Of a stretch of 64,000 nt of DNA, positions 9,839 through 20,213 are shown in pieces. Under the pieces are notes generated by a model. That model searched no databases. It was not told where the DNA came from and worked only from the letters and a program-made list of their open reading frames with translations. The stretch is from an uncultured bacterium. GTDB lineage: Bacteria > Patescibacteriota > Minisyncoccia > Phycocordibacterales > DATDWN01. The stretch's first letter is position 1, and each line of letters starts with the position of its first letter. A program made the translations under genes and the position numbers. The DNA is taken from the NCBI GenBank assembly GCA_963727715.1, contig CAVSGX010000004.1, positions 82,582 to 146,581 of the forward strand. The letters run 5' to 3'.

Positions 9839-10477
9839 TTAGTTGCACGCTCCATATCTGACAATCGGAGCAACACCGACAGTTGTTTGCGCAGTGGTTG
9901 ATGCCGCAAATGTCATGTTGAGCAATGTATTTGTGCTGGTGGCGTTGAATTGCAAGCAAAAACCTTGCGTGCCCGAGGATGAAGTAAAGACCGCTGTACT
10001 GGTGGCTGTAGTGCTTTCCATGATAGTGCTTGAAGCATACAGCTGATTGGCAACAGTTAATGTCCTAAGAGATGTTGCCCCAGTAACTCCGAGTGTGCCG
10101 GCTACTGTAGCATTACCGAGAAGGGCAACTACTTGACTTGGCTGACCAATGTTGATGGTGGTAGCTGTGCTTGTGCCGATATTTAGGACACCTGCAGCAG
10201 CTGTATCAAAAGCATAGCCGGCTGGCACAGTAATGTTACCGCTGGTAGCCAGCGTGCTTGAAGCGTTAATTGCGCCAGCGATGGTTAAAGTGCTGTAGCC
10301 AGTAATTGCGCCGGTGACGGCCAATGAACTAGTGGCGTAGATATTGCCACCAGTCAGAACATCGGTGCTTATGGTGGTTGTGGCATAAGCTGCCGCTACT
10401 GTCAGCGACATCCCAATCAAAAAAACAAAAACATAAAAAAGATATCCCTTTCTTAAAAACATAGATTCTAAATCCAT
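9839..10477 (-). CDS. Secreted T/A-rich beta-repeat surface protein
   Basis: Signal peptide, ATTTISTD start and repeated ASST / LxVTG units. Confidence 0.75.
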   Translation of the reverse strand: MDLESMFLRKGYLFYVFVFLIGMSLTVAAAYATTTISTDVLTGGNIYATSSLAVTGAITGYSTLTIAGAINASSTLATSGNITVPAGYAFDTAAAGVLNIGTSTATTINIGQPSQVVALLGNATVAGTLGVTGATSLRTLTVANQLYASSTIMESTTATSTAVFTSSSGTQGFCLQFNATSTNTLLNMTFAASTTAQTTVGVAPIVRYGACN

Positions 10478-10582
10478 AATAATTTTAATAGCTAATAATA
10501 GAGACGGAGATTAAACTCCTGCGTATAAATTATAACATATGTAAAGTGTTGACATATAAAATTGTGGATAACTTTTTAGGTA

Positions 10583-10618
10583 AACAAAAAACACTCCCGA
10601 AAGAGCGCTTTTTGTTTT
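10583..10618 (-). terminator. Intrinsic terminator of the S-layer-like gene
   Basis: AAACAAAAAACACTC-CCGAAA-GAGCGCTTTTTGTTT hairpin. Confidence 0.7.
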
Positions 10619-10658
10619 AGCGTTAAGCTAAGTTTGATCAATTCAACCAATCAAGAGA

Positions 10659-13600
10659 TTAGTTTGATCGAGTCCAGAGCAGACCTGAAGATGGGAGTCC
10701 TACAATACCGTATCCTGTTGTCCAATCGTTTGAACTAAAGACGGATGTAGAGGTTGCATTTGGTGACCATACAAAATTGTATGTCGTGCCTGCACCCACT
10801 CCTGTCGCCGTGCTTGTCGCAGCAGCGGTATCTGCCAACATCTTTGTTACAACTGAACCTCCGTAAGTGCCGGAGATACCCGTTACTGAACCGCGAAGTT
10901 CAAAGTATCGAGTCTGGCCGGCTGGAACTTCCACCGGGTTCGAAGCTGTTCTAAATGTCAAAGTTGTCTTTGAACTGTCCGAGGCACATGTGCTGCCGGC
11001 ATTTGTCGTGTTGACAGTGTCGGAGCCACTTCCCGTACAGATATTTGATGCTGAACTTGTTGCCAAGTTTTCATCAATTTGGCCACCGTTGCTTGTTCCA
11101 CCTTTAGCGAAGTTTCCTGACATAGCTGTGGAATAACCTGAATCAGTGTAGCCAAACAAACCGACATCCCTGACTGTGATAGTTGTGGTAGCCAGAGTGA
11201 ATGTGAACTTGTAGAGACCAGCATCACCATGCGAGTCTGCCGTGATGGCAAATCTCATAAGGTGACCGTCAGCAATACCCGTTGAGGACAATGTGCCGAG
11301 AGTAAATGTTGGAATCGTGTTGAACACTCTGACACCGGCCGAACCTGTGGCCGCGCCGGTTCTGATTGTTGAACCAGATGAAGCGCCAGAACCTTCGGTG
11401 CTACTGAGATCAATCTTGATCAAATCACCTTCCGTACCAGACTGGTTTGTGCCGATGTCGGCCAAGTCAGCCTTGACGGTGATGAGAGTATCAATATTGT
11501 TTTGTAGAACGAGTGGGCTGGAAAGCGTCGAGGTAGCAATTGTGCCGCCACTGGCAAAGGTAGCCGTGCCGAGCAAAGTGGAACCTTGATACAAGTAGAC
11601 TTGTGACAAGTCCCCGGCCACGTTTGAGCTGTTTCCTGCGGCGGTACTTGTCAGAACCAAACCGATTTTATTCAGATTGACACTTTCATTTGTAGCTCGC
11701 AGTTTGATAACAGACATTATCTGACCAGTCGTGCCTCCAGCGGCCAGAGCATAGCCAGGGGATGACGAGTCGATTGAAGCCGACAAAGAACCAGTGCTGG
11801 CAGTCATCAGACCTCCGTTAGCTGTGCCAAACGTAGGTGTAACTGAATTTCCTGATGTGATACCTGTCACAGTGTAATGAGCGGTGTTGGTGTCGTTGGT
11901 AGCATAGTAAGTCGCGTTTGTTGTCGGCGAGCTGGCGATATTGCACTCAAGAGCCAACGTCACGATCGTTCCTTTTGGAACTGTCAACGAATTGTCAAAG
12001 CTGAATGTATGGTATGTCCCGCTTGTCAGCGAGTTTACAACATTTGAACCAGTGTTGAGTTGCGTTTGGCCATTGTTCAAAGTGCAACCAGTGAGGTCGC
12101 CAATTGAACTATTGCCCGCTGTAACTGTTACAGGGAAAGATGACAAGCGAAGATCTTCGCCAGACTGTGAAGCGTCGAGTTGGTAGTTGGCCAAAACGAA
12201 GTTCTGGGCACCACCGACAACGCTTTGGGCTGCTGGTTGAGCTGAAATATTAACAGCGAGAGTAGCGGCCCTGACTGTCATCTGATTCATAGAGATGACT
12301 GTTGTTTGACCTGAAAGACTGACAGTGTTGCCAGTGCTTTGACCGGTAACGTTTGTCCAATCTGTGTAAGGCTCGGTAAAGACATTGACTGTCGTACCAT
12401 TAGCCCAACCTGATGGGAGTTTGCCTTTCAAAGTGTAGACATATCGGCCTACTGGGAAGGTTACTGTGTCTGTGAAGTGAATCACAGCGTAACTTGTCGT
12501 TGATGGTACCACACCGGCGTGCGTAGTACTGCCATCGCCGACAGCGACATCAACTGGGCCAGCCACAACTGCGCCGTTTTGGTCAACAAGCGAAACGCTT
12601 GTGATTTGCGAAGCTGGGGATAACGCACTAGCGACATTACCAATTGTCGAGGAAGTTGCCACAACGAAGTACATGCTCTGAATGGAAACTGGTTCACCAG
12701 CAAAGTTTGTAGCAAAACCGCCGAGTACCTGATTAGGTACATTGACAGCAAGGTTTTGTGAAGCCACTTCATTGGCCTTACCAATAAGAGTAACTGAACC
12801 GGCAGTAATGCTGGCCTGTGAACCTTCAAACCAAGGATTGCTTGATGTGTTGATTACAGTGGCATGATTGGCTAGTGTCAGAACAACCCCAGTTCCTACT
12901 GGAGCTGTAATGCCATAGCCGTATGTGTTGCCGACTAAGTATAAGTCTGTGTTTTTATAGACATCGAATTCTGCTGTGCGGCCAGATGAATTGGAGCCGA
13001 CAATGTCGCCTTGGATGTACATATCAACTGAATTTCCTTTGGTGATAACAATACCGCCAGGGAAAACTGTTGAGTAATACTTTCCGGTTGCGTCAACCAC
13101 TGTCGGATATGATGTGCCGTTAACCACGGTCACAACATTGGCCAAGTCGCCTGAACCGACTGAACCAGTCTGATTCCAGCTGATTGACTTGAGTGTCAAG
13201 TCTTCGGCTGAACCAGCGGTCACTTTGAAACCGCTGAAACGATAGCCTGTTGTGCCGATTGGCTCGCTGGCTCCGTTGTTAGGGTCAAAAGAAGATGTGT
13301 TGATTGTGGCTGAACCGAGAGTAAGTGAAGCGTTGATCGTCTGCTGTGCTCCGGTGATAGGCAGAGAACCAGCCACTGTTGCGGAAGTGTTGACTGCCAC
13401 AACATTTAGACTGGCGACCTGACCGGCATAGTTTGTAAGTGATGATGCCATGTTGCCAGCCACTGTGAATGTCTCAGATGTGCCGGCTTTGATGACAAAT
13501 GGATTACCAATAACTGCTTGATGATTTGAGTTCAAAGTCTTGGCAATACCAACTTGCATTCCTGTTGGGTCAACCAAGACGATACCAGCGAAGACAGCGT

Positions 13601-14285
13601 CCTGTGCTAAACCACTTCTCTGAACTGTGATGGAGTTAACCGTCACATCAGATGCCCCAGCTGTCAAAGTGACAGTTGTGAATGGAACACGATTAGCGCT
13701 TTGAGGGGCCAATGAATTCATTGGTTGAACACCGGCCATAACTGTCAAATTGCCACCTGTTGGCATATTTGCTGTGGTGGTAGCGTACCTGTAGTCTGTG
13801 GTTGTAGTTGTAGTTGTGTTTGTTGTGCCACACATCGCGTTGAGCTTAGCTCGTGTGATAGCACCGACATAACCTGCTACCGGTGAAATACCATTGGCTG
13901 TCTGGAATTTCATCACCGCAGCTTTTGTCATCGGACCGAAGGTTGATGTTTCCATCCCCGGTGATCCCGCGCCTGTTGCGGCAACTTGTGTGGCAGCACT
14001 CTGGTTCAGAACTTTTTGCAAATTCATCACATCAGTGCCTTTGCTACCGACAGTCAAGTTTGTGTTGAATGTGTAGCATGTGCCTGTGGTAGCTGTGCTA
14101 CCAGTTGCGGCTGAAAGTTGAGCCTGAAGCGACTGAATTGTCGCCATCAAACTGTTGATCTGGGCTTGTATGTCAGCTGCTGTAGCGGCGCCCGCAATCA
14201 TAGGTGCGAAAGCGACTGCCATCATGGCAACTCCTACAAAACCAGTAACCAACTTTACAGCTGTTGATTTTGTTAAATTCTTCAT
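10659..14285 (-). CDS. Large S-layer-like surface protein with an N-terminal peptidoglycan-binding domain (1208 aa)
   Basis: Signal peptide, coiled coil, PG-binding motif (DVMNLQKVLN..FGPMTKAAVMKFQ), then T/S/G-rich beta domains. Confidence 0.85.
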   Translation of the reverse strand: MKNLTKSTAVKLVTGFVGVAMMAVAFAPMIAGAATAADIQAQINSLMATIQSLQAQLSAATGSTATTGTCYTFNTNLTVGSKGTDVMNLQKVLNQSAATQVAATGAGSPGMETSTFGPMTKAAVMKFQTANGISPVAGYVGAITRAKLNAMCGTTNTTTTTTTDYRYATTTANMPTGGNLTVMAGVQPMNSLAPQSANRVPFTTVTLTAGASDVTVNSITVQRSGLAQDAVFAGIVLVDPTGMQVGIAKTLNSNHQAVIGNPFVIKAGTSETFTVAGNMASSLTNYAGQVASLNVVAVNTSATVAGSLPITGAQQTINASLTLGSATINTSSFDPNNGASEPIGTTGYRFSGFKVTAGSAEDLTLKSISWNQTGSVGSGDLANVVTVVNGTSYPTVVDATGKYYSTVFPGGIVITKGNSVDMYIQGDIVGSNSSGRTAEFDVYKNTDLYLVGNTYGYGITAPVGTGVVLTLANHATVINTSSNPWFEGSQASITAGSVTLIGKANEVASQNLAVNVPNQVLGGFATNFAGEPVSIQSMYFVVATSSTIGNVASALSPASQITSVSLVDQNGAVVAGPVDVAVGDGSTTHAGVVPSTTSYAVIHFTDTVTFPVGRYVYTLKGKLPSGWANGTTVNVFTEPYTDWTNVTGQSTGNTVSLSGQTTVISMNQMTVRAATLAVNISAQPAAQSVVGGAQNFVLANYQLDASQSGEDLRLSSFPVTVTAGNSSIGDLTGCTLNNGQTQLNTGSNVVNSLTSGTYHTFSFDNSLTVPKGTIVTLALECNIASSPTTNATYYATNDTNTAHYTVTGITSGNSVTPTFGTANGGLMTASTGSLSASIDSSSPGYALAAGGTTGQIMSVIKLRATNESVNLNKIGLVLTSTAAGNSSNVAGDLSQVYLYQGSTLLGTATFASGGTIATSTLSSPLVLQNNIDTLITVKADLADIGTNQSGTEGDLIKIDLSSTEGSGASSGSTIRTGAATGSAGVRVFNTIPTFTLGTLSSTGIADGHLMRFAITADSHGDAGLYKFTFTLATTTITVRDVGLFGYTDSGYSTAMSGNFAKGGTSNGGQIDENLATSSASNICTGSGSDTVNTTNAGSTCASDSSKTTLTFRTASNPVEVPAGQTRYFELRGSVTGISGTYGGSVVTKMLADTAAATSTATGVGAGTTYNFVWSPNATSTSVFSSNDWTTGYGIVGLPSSGLLWTRSN

Positions 14286-14894
14286 ATATATGTTTTTAAT
14301 AATGAAATAATTCCTCCGGCAATTACTAATAATTTTTTAATGGCGCCGAAAAAATTACTTTTTGCAAAACAATTAACTGCTAATGTTTATCGCGGTTCAT
14401 ACACATACAAATTTTTGTACGTGTAACTCGCGCGTCATACTAATTTTTCTCGCTTTATATTTAATCCAGCTCCACTTTTGAAACAATGTTTTACAAACCA
14501 CTTTGACATTCCGTCAAAAGTGGGGCTGGACAAATCGACACAAAACGGAAAAATAGTTGGAAAGGTTTGGACCGAAAAACAACCTTTAAATCTTGGTTGG
14601 ATAAAGTCACGCGGAAAAACAAACAAATTTACACCAAAAGACTCTATGCAGTTGTCAAAGTACTGCTCCCAGACATTATATATTCTTCCCGCGATACTAA
14701 CAAACGCGGTCGTGTGGATAACTTAGAATATACGCCCATAATATACGATAAAAGTCGCATAAATGGCTCAAGACTAAACCTGATCCACATAGGAGAAGTA
14801 TCGCAAAAATGGGTTCAAAAGTCAATATATTGACATTTATTGACATTAAGGGGCCAAATTGATGTCAATTCTACAATGGAAATTCGTTGGCAAA

Positions 14895-15662
14895 TCAAAC
14901 AGCCAAAGAATATCTGCTCCATCTCCTTTCCCCCTTTTTTGTTATAACCCCGCTTTCAATTAGGGAAATAAGCTCACGTTGTATTGTCTTTTCACTGCAA
15001 TCTCTTATGGTTTGGGCTATGTCCTTAATATTCATTTCTTTCCCTTTTTTCAGAAGACCAATTATAATATTTTGCCTATTTGTCTTTTTAAACATAAATT
15101 GGTTGTTTTCTCCCAATTTTTTGTCTTTTATGAGAGTTGGTGAATTCGCCACTCTTATGTTCTCTTTACCGTACTCGAAATTGAAAGAGCCACGCGAAAT
15201 TTCGAAAAAAGATTTTGGAAAAATTTTACTGGGAGAATTTTCGCTGGTTGATTTAACTTCGTCCAAAACCCTAGCTAAATTAAGAAATTCCTCTTGGAGA
15301 ATAGTAAAATTCATAACAGATACCAAACTGGATTTAGAAGCCACTTCAAACAAAGAAATAATATTCAAAATTTGGTTTTTGGTATCGTCAACAAATGTTT
15401 GTTGGGGAACTGAATTTTTACATCCTAAAATAAAAGACAGTAATTCAGAGACTTTTTTACGAAGAACCCACTTTAAAGACTCGTTGTCAGAAAACAAATT
15501 GGTCACCATATATGTCGCAGTAGCCAATTTTTCTGTCTTTTTGTAGACAAAGATAAAATATTCATCTTTCTCAAAAAATGAGATGTGGTCAATGTTTTTA
15601 TTGAAACCGGTAGAAAGATTGTTTTGGGTTGGTTCTATTTTATTGTCTTTTTGTGGTTCCAT
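14895..15662 (-). CDS. Helical protein with a C-terminal DeoR-like wHTH (Parcubacteria-type regulator)
   Basis: KKTEKLATATYMVT N-domain and IKDI..DCSEKTIQREL..GERRWSRY wHTH. Confidence 0.8.
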   Translation of the reverse strand: MEPQKDNKIEPTQNNLSTGFNKNIDHISFFEKDEYFIFVYKKTEKLATATYMVTNLFSDNESLKWVLRKKVSELLSFILGCKNSVPQQTFVDDTKNQILNIISLFEVASKSSLVSVMNFTILQEEFLNLARVLDEVKSTSENSPSKIFPKSFFEISRGSFNFEYGKENIRVANSPTLIKDKKLGENNQFMFKKTNRQNIIIGLLKKGKEMNIKDIAQTIRDCSEKTIQRELISLIESGVITKKGERRWSRYSLAV

Positions 15663-15821
15663 AATGTCTTATATTATGACTTTTAGTTTGTAGATTCTGT
15701 CTTTAATTGTCTTTTATTGTATCATGTGTCTTTTTGATTTACAAGTGCCTGTCCATTATACTACTTAAGGACAGATGGGCAAGAGGTTTCGTAATTCAGA
15801 AAATTTTGTTAAAATGTGCAT

Positions 15822-18038
15822 ATGACTAAAACTGATAAGAAAAAGAAAGAGAAAAAAAATAATGATGGGGAAACAACTGTTCCAAACCATATTCAAAAAG
15901 AAACGGCTCAAGCCATTTTAGCTATTCTATTTTTTGTTTTGGCCATCTTTTTTATTCTCTCATCACCGGAAATCTTTGGAGGAATTGGTGTGGCCGGACC
16001 GGCCGGAGAAATAATTTTTAAGATCTTTTCTTTTCTTTTCGGCAAAGGTTATTATCTCTTGCCTATTCTTTTTTTTATCCTTTCTATTTCTTTCTTCAGA
16101 ACACTACGGAAAAAATTGGCTCTGACCCACACTGTCGGCGGGTTGCTTTTCTTTTTATCTTCCCTGTCTATTGTCGATATATTATTCCCCGGTTCCGGTG
16201 GGCTTATAGGAGGATTTGTTTCCAAACCGCTTTTATCTCTTTTTGCTCTCTATATTAGTTTGATTATCTTGTTGGCCTGCATTGTTATTTCTTTTCTGAT
16301 TATGTTTGACACACCGCTTCGACTTTCTTTTCTTACCAACTTATTCAGGAAAAAAATCTCTGATGAGCTTGATGACAGTGATTTGATTATTGCTCAAACA
16401 GGCCAAATGGAAACTCCGGCAGAAGATAATTCCCAAGATAAAAATCAAACCGAGGATGAAAAGGGTGGAACAAAAAAAATGTTTGGTGGAGAGAAAAAAG
16501 AGGAGTTTGTGATGAATAATATATCTTGGGGTAGCAAAGAATTCACTCCCCCACCACTATCACTTCTTGAAAGAGACCGGGGCAGACCGGGAGTTGGCGA
16601 CATTAAAGCCAATTCCAACATCATCAAACGCACTCTTTCCAATTTCGGCATCAATGTGGAAATGGATGAGATTTCTATTGGACCATCCATCACTCGTTAT
16701 GCTTTAAAACCGGCTGAAGGAGTTAAACTCTCTCGCATTGTTGGTCTGCAAAATGACCTGTCATTGGCTTTGGCCGCCCACCCTATCCGCATAGAGGCAC
16801 CGATCCCCGGTAAATCGCTTGTCGGTATTGAAATCCCGAATAGTATTAAAACCACTGTCGGTTTAGGGTCTCTCTTGTCCGCCACCGAATTTCAAAATTC
16901 GGATAAACCTCTTCTCATTTGTTTGGGTAAAGGTATTTCCGGGGTGTCTTATTTTGCCAATCTAGCCAAATCCCCTCACCTCCTCATCGCCGGAGCAACC
17001 GGCTCGGGCAAATCTGTGACTATTCATACCATCATCACCTCTCTTCTTTACCGCAATTCACCGGCCAATTTGAAATTTATCATGGTTGACCCGAAACGAG
17101 TCGAATTGACCATGTACAATAATATCCCTCACTTACTAACACCCGTTGTGACTGACGCCAAGAAAACCATCTTGGCTTTGAAATGGGCAGCTAAAGAAAT
17201 GGATCGACGCTATGATATTCTACAGGCGGAAAGCTTGCAGAACGTAGAGTCATACCACAAAAATGTGGTTGAACCGGAAATGAAAAAGATGAGAAACAGA
17301 AAATCTGGTGAGCAGCCGGAAAAACAAATTGAGACGATGCCGTACATTATTATTGTCATTGATGAGTTGGCTGATATTATGACCGCTTATCCGCGCGAGC
17401 TTGAGGCGGCCATCGTTCGCTTGGCCCAAATGTCTCGCGCCGTTGGCATTCATCTTATACTTTCCACCCAGCGCCCTTCGGTTAATGTCATCACAGGCCT
17501 GATCAAAGCCAACATTCCTTCGCGCATCGCTTTGCAAGTTTCTTCGCAAATTGACTCGCGAACCATTTTGGATATGTCTGGCGCCGAGAAACTTTTGGGC
17601 GCAGGGGATATGCTTTACCTTTCTGGCGAGATGTCCCAACCGCAACGCATTCAGTCAGCTTACATTTCCGAATCTGAAGTCAAAGCGGTAGTTAAATATT
17701 TAGTGGACAGTTATGAAAACGAGGTGCCGAACGAAATAAACCTGACTGGCAATGTTGAGAAAAATCCGATTTTTGACGCAAACATAAATATGGATGAGGA
17801 AAAACTGGAAGAAGATGATGAACTTTATGAGGAAGCCAGGCAAACAGTTATTTCGGCTGGCAAGGCTTCTACATCGTACCTGCAACGAAAACTCGGTGTC
17901 GGCTATGCTCGCGCCGCTCGTTTGATTGATATTTTGGAAGAACGCGGTGTTGTCGGTCCTGGCAGTGGCGCCAAACCAAGAGAAGTGTTGGGAAAAGCCG
18001 AGGATACTAATACCGATACTGCTGAAAATCAAATATAG
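15822..18038 (+). CDS. ftsK: DNA translocase FtsK
   Basis: 4TM N-terminus, PHLLIAGATGSGKS, IDELADIM and gamma domain STSYLQRKLGVGYARAARLID. Confidence 0.98.
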   Translation: MTKTDKKKKEKKNNDGETTVPNHIQKETAQAILAILFFVLAIFFILSSPEIFGGIGVAGPAGEIIFKIFSFLFGKGYYLLPILFFILSISFFRTLRKKLALTHTVGGLLFFLSSLSIVDILFPGSGGLIGGFVSKPLLSLFALYISLIILLACIVISFLIMFDTPLRLSFLTNLFRKKISDELDDSDLIIAQTGQMETPAEDNSQDKNQTEDEKGGTKKMFGGEKKEEFVMNNISWGSKEFTPPPLSLLERDRGRPGVGDIKANSNIIKRTLSNFGINVEMDEISIGPSITRYALKPAEGVKLSRIVGLQNDLSLALAAHPIRIEAPIPGKSLVGIEIPNSIKTTVGLGSLLSATEFQNSDKPLLICLGKGISGVSYFANLAKSPHLLIAGATGSGKSVTIHTIITSLLYRNSPANLKFIMVDPKRVELTMYNNIPHLLTPVVTDAKKTILALKWAAKEMDRRYDILQAESLQNVESYHKNVVEPEMKKMRNRKSGEQPEKQIETMPYIIIVIDELADIMTAYPRELEAAIVRLAQMSRAVGIHLILSTQRPSVNVITGLIKANIPSRIALQVSSQIDSRTILDMSGAEKLLGAGDMLYLSGEMSQPQRIQSAYISESEVKAVVKYLVDSYENEVPNEINLTGNVEKNPIFDANINMDEEKLEEDDELYEEARQTVISAGKASTSYLQRKLGVGYARAARLIDILEERGVVGPGSGAKPREVLGKAEDTNTDTAENQI

Positions 18039-18040
18039 TT

Positions 18041-18394
18041 ATGAACCGCAATGCTATATCAATCTTAAAAATCTGCGCCCTATCACTTTTAGTTGTGGTT
18101 ATCGCCGGCTATTCCCTTTTTCAAGCCCAGAAACTTTTAGCTGGACCGGTCATTCAAATTTTCACTCCTCAAAACGGAGCTACATATAGTCAAACTCTAA
18201 TCGAAATAGATGGCCAAGCCAAAAATATCGCTTACATAAATTTGAATGACAAACAAATGTTCACCGATAAGAACGGAAACTTTAGCGAGAAACTTTTGCT
18301 CTCACCTGGCTATAATGTAGTCAAGCTCGACGCTTGGGATAAATTCGGCAAGCAAACTGAAAAAAAATTGCAGTTGGTGTTGAAAGAATATTAG
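18041..18394 (+). CDS. Membrane-anchored Ig-like domain protein
   Basis: TM helix followed by GP.I....P.NG...GNFSEKLLLSPGYN. Confidence 0.75.
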   Translation: MNRNAISILKICALSLLVVVIAGYSLFQAQKLLAGPVIQIFTPQNGATYSQTLIEIDGQAKNIAYINLNDKQMFTDKNGNFSEKLLLSPGYNVVKLDAWDKFGKQTEKKLQLVLKEY

Positions 18395-18397
18395 TAA

Positions 18398-18569
18398 AGC
18401 AAACCTCACAAAAACTTTTCCTTTTCGGATACATTTGTCCCGCCAGCGCGGAACTCATTCCTGTCCTCGGCTCGGATTTGTCAATGAGCTTCGCTTCGCT
18501 CAGTCGTTGACAAAACCATGCTCCTCGCCTGCGGAGTCTCCGAAAAGGAAAGTTTTTGTGAGGTTTGCT
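18398..18569. repeat. Palindromic element family A, copy 3
   Basis: Terminal IR AGCAAACCTCACAAAAACTTT(T)CCTTTTCGGA around the same core. Confidence 0.85.
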
Positions 18570-18634
18570 AGTGGTATTTTTAAAATTCAGTATGTTATAA
18601 TATCCACAACTTTTATTAGATTATTTTTATAAAA

Positions 18635-19711
18635 ATGAAAAAAGGAAAAACTCCAAAACCGGATAAAGGGCCAGTCGGCAAGTCCGGCATAGAAGACACT
18701 TTGCGCGATATTAAAACTAAATTCGGCGACGATTCCATCATGATGCTCGGCGAAAAACCTCACGTGGATGTCAACGCCATCCCAACGGGCTCGATCGGCC
18801 TCGATGCCGCTCTCGGTATCGGTGGTGTCCCGCGCGGACGCATTATTGAAATTTTCGGACCGGAATCTTCCGGCAAGACCACCCTATCTCTTCACATCGT
18901 AGCCGAGGCTCAAAAACTCGGTGGCATTTGCGCTTTCATTGATGCCGAGCACGCTATGGACCCGGAATATTCGCAAAGACTTGGAGTTAAAATTGATCAG
19001 CTTTTGATTTCTCAACCTGACAACGGCGAGCAAGCACTGGAAATCGTTGACTCTTTGGTGCGTTCCGGCAAAATTGACGTCATCGTTGTTGACTCCGTGG
19101 CAGCACTGACACCAAAAGACGAAATCGAGGGTGATGTCGGCGCCTACCACGTCGGCAAGCAAGCTCGCCTTATGTCGCAAGCTCTGCGCAAACTGACCGC
19201 CATTGTGGCCAAATCCAAAACCGTTGTCATTTTCATAAACCAGATTCGCATGCAAATCGGTGTGATGTTCGGCAATCCAGAAACCACCCCGGGTGGCAAA
19301 GCGTTGAAATTTTACACTAGCGTGAGATTAGACATCCGCAGAATCGCTCAAATCAAAAAAGGCGACGAGGTTATGGGTGGGCGCGTGCGTGTTAAAGTGG
19401 TCAAAAATAAAGTGGCTGCGCCATTCAAGCAAACCGAGTTTGATCTAATGTATAACGAGGGTATTTCTCGCGAAGGTGAAATCATTGCACTTGGCGAGAA
19501 GATGGGTATCATTGGCAAATCCGGCTCGTCATACAAATACGGCGAGACGGCACTCGGCCGTGGCTACGACGCCACACGACAATTTTTGAAAGACAAAGCC
19601 AATAAAAAACTGACTGATGAAATCCTCGGCAAGATCAAAAAACAACTCCACGACAACGGCGGGTCAGTGGTGGCGTCAAAAGGTGGTGAAGAAAGCAGAA
19701 GTGAAGAATGA
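18635..19711 (+). CDS. recA: Recombinase RecA
   Basis: [16 protein letters not shown] and [15 protein letters not shown] motifs. Confidence 0.99.
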   Translation: MKKGKTPKPDKGPVGKSGIEDTLRDIKTKFGDDSIMMLGEKPHVDVNAIPTGSIGLDAALGIGGVPRGRIIEIFGPESSGKTTLSLHIVAEAQKLGGICAFIDAEHAMDPEYSQRLGVKIDQLLISQPDNGEQALEIVDSLVRSGKIDVIVVDSVAALTPKDEIEGDVGAYHVGKQARLMSQALRKLTAIVAKSKTVVIFINQIRMQIGVMFGNPETTPGGKALKFYTSVRLDIRRIAQIKKGDEVMGGRVRVKVVKNKVAAPFKQTEFDLMYNEGISREGEIIALGEKMGIIGKSGSSYKYGETALGRGYDATRQFLKDKANKKLTDEILGKIKKQLHDNGGSVVASKGGEESRSEE

Positions 19712-19749
19712 TTTTTGAAAAGAAAAAGAGGTTCGAAAACCCCCGTTGT

Positions 19750-19896
19750 TTAACTCCTAATTTTTGTAACCAATTTTATGGTCAGTGTTTTAACTTTTGG
19801 CCAGAGATAAATTAAAAGAGCAACCACTACCAAAAAAAGTAATGACATAACTGTCGGGAAACCTTTTCTTATAGCCTCATATAAAATAAAATCCAT
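19750..19896 (-). CDS. Small orphan membrane peptide, 48 aa
   Basis: Reads MDFILYEAIRKGFPTVMSLLFLVVVALLIYLWPK..., with a GAGGAG SD. Confidence 0.5.
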   Translation of the reverse strand: MDFILYEAIRKGFPTVMSLLFLVVVALLIYLWPKVKTLTIKLVTKIRS

Positions 19897-20017
19897 TGTT
19901 GGCTCCTCTTTACTTTTAACACATTTCGTCTATAAAAATCAAATTTTTTATAAAAAGAAATCTCTCGCTCAGCCGAAGCTAAACGAGAGGTAAGAATGTT
20001 TCGAGACCGCAATCTAA

Positions 20018-20209
20018 TTAATGCAATACCCGATGACACAAAACTAGAAAGCCAAAATATAGGCCACAAATTAGTCCAATGATCAATTTAACCCAACTGC
20101 CCACTGTCCAGTGGCCAATTAGTTTGTCAATGACCGCATAAACTATCAACAACAAAGACAACGCAAAGAAAAACTTGTTGTTGTTGTAAAGACGCGCCAA
20201 AAAGTTCAT
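20018..20209 (-). CDS. Small orphan 2-TM protein separated from its promoter/SD by IS30
   Basis: Two hydrophobic helices. The promoter and GGAGG lie at 21285-21324, on the far side of the IS. Confidence 0.55.
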   Translation of the reverse strand: MNFLARLYNNNKFFFALSLLLIVYAVIDKLIGHWTVGSWVKLIIGLICGLYFGFLVLCHRVLH

Positions 20210-20213
20210 GGCC

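Noticed and set aside
14700-14880. Replication origin (DnaA box plus AT-rich repeats)
   Set aside because: Only one perfect box is present, no dnaA/dnaN is nearby, and gene orientation does not switch lastingly.
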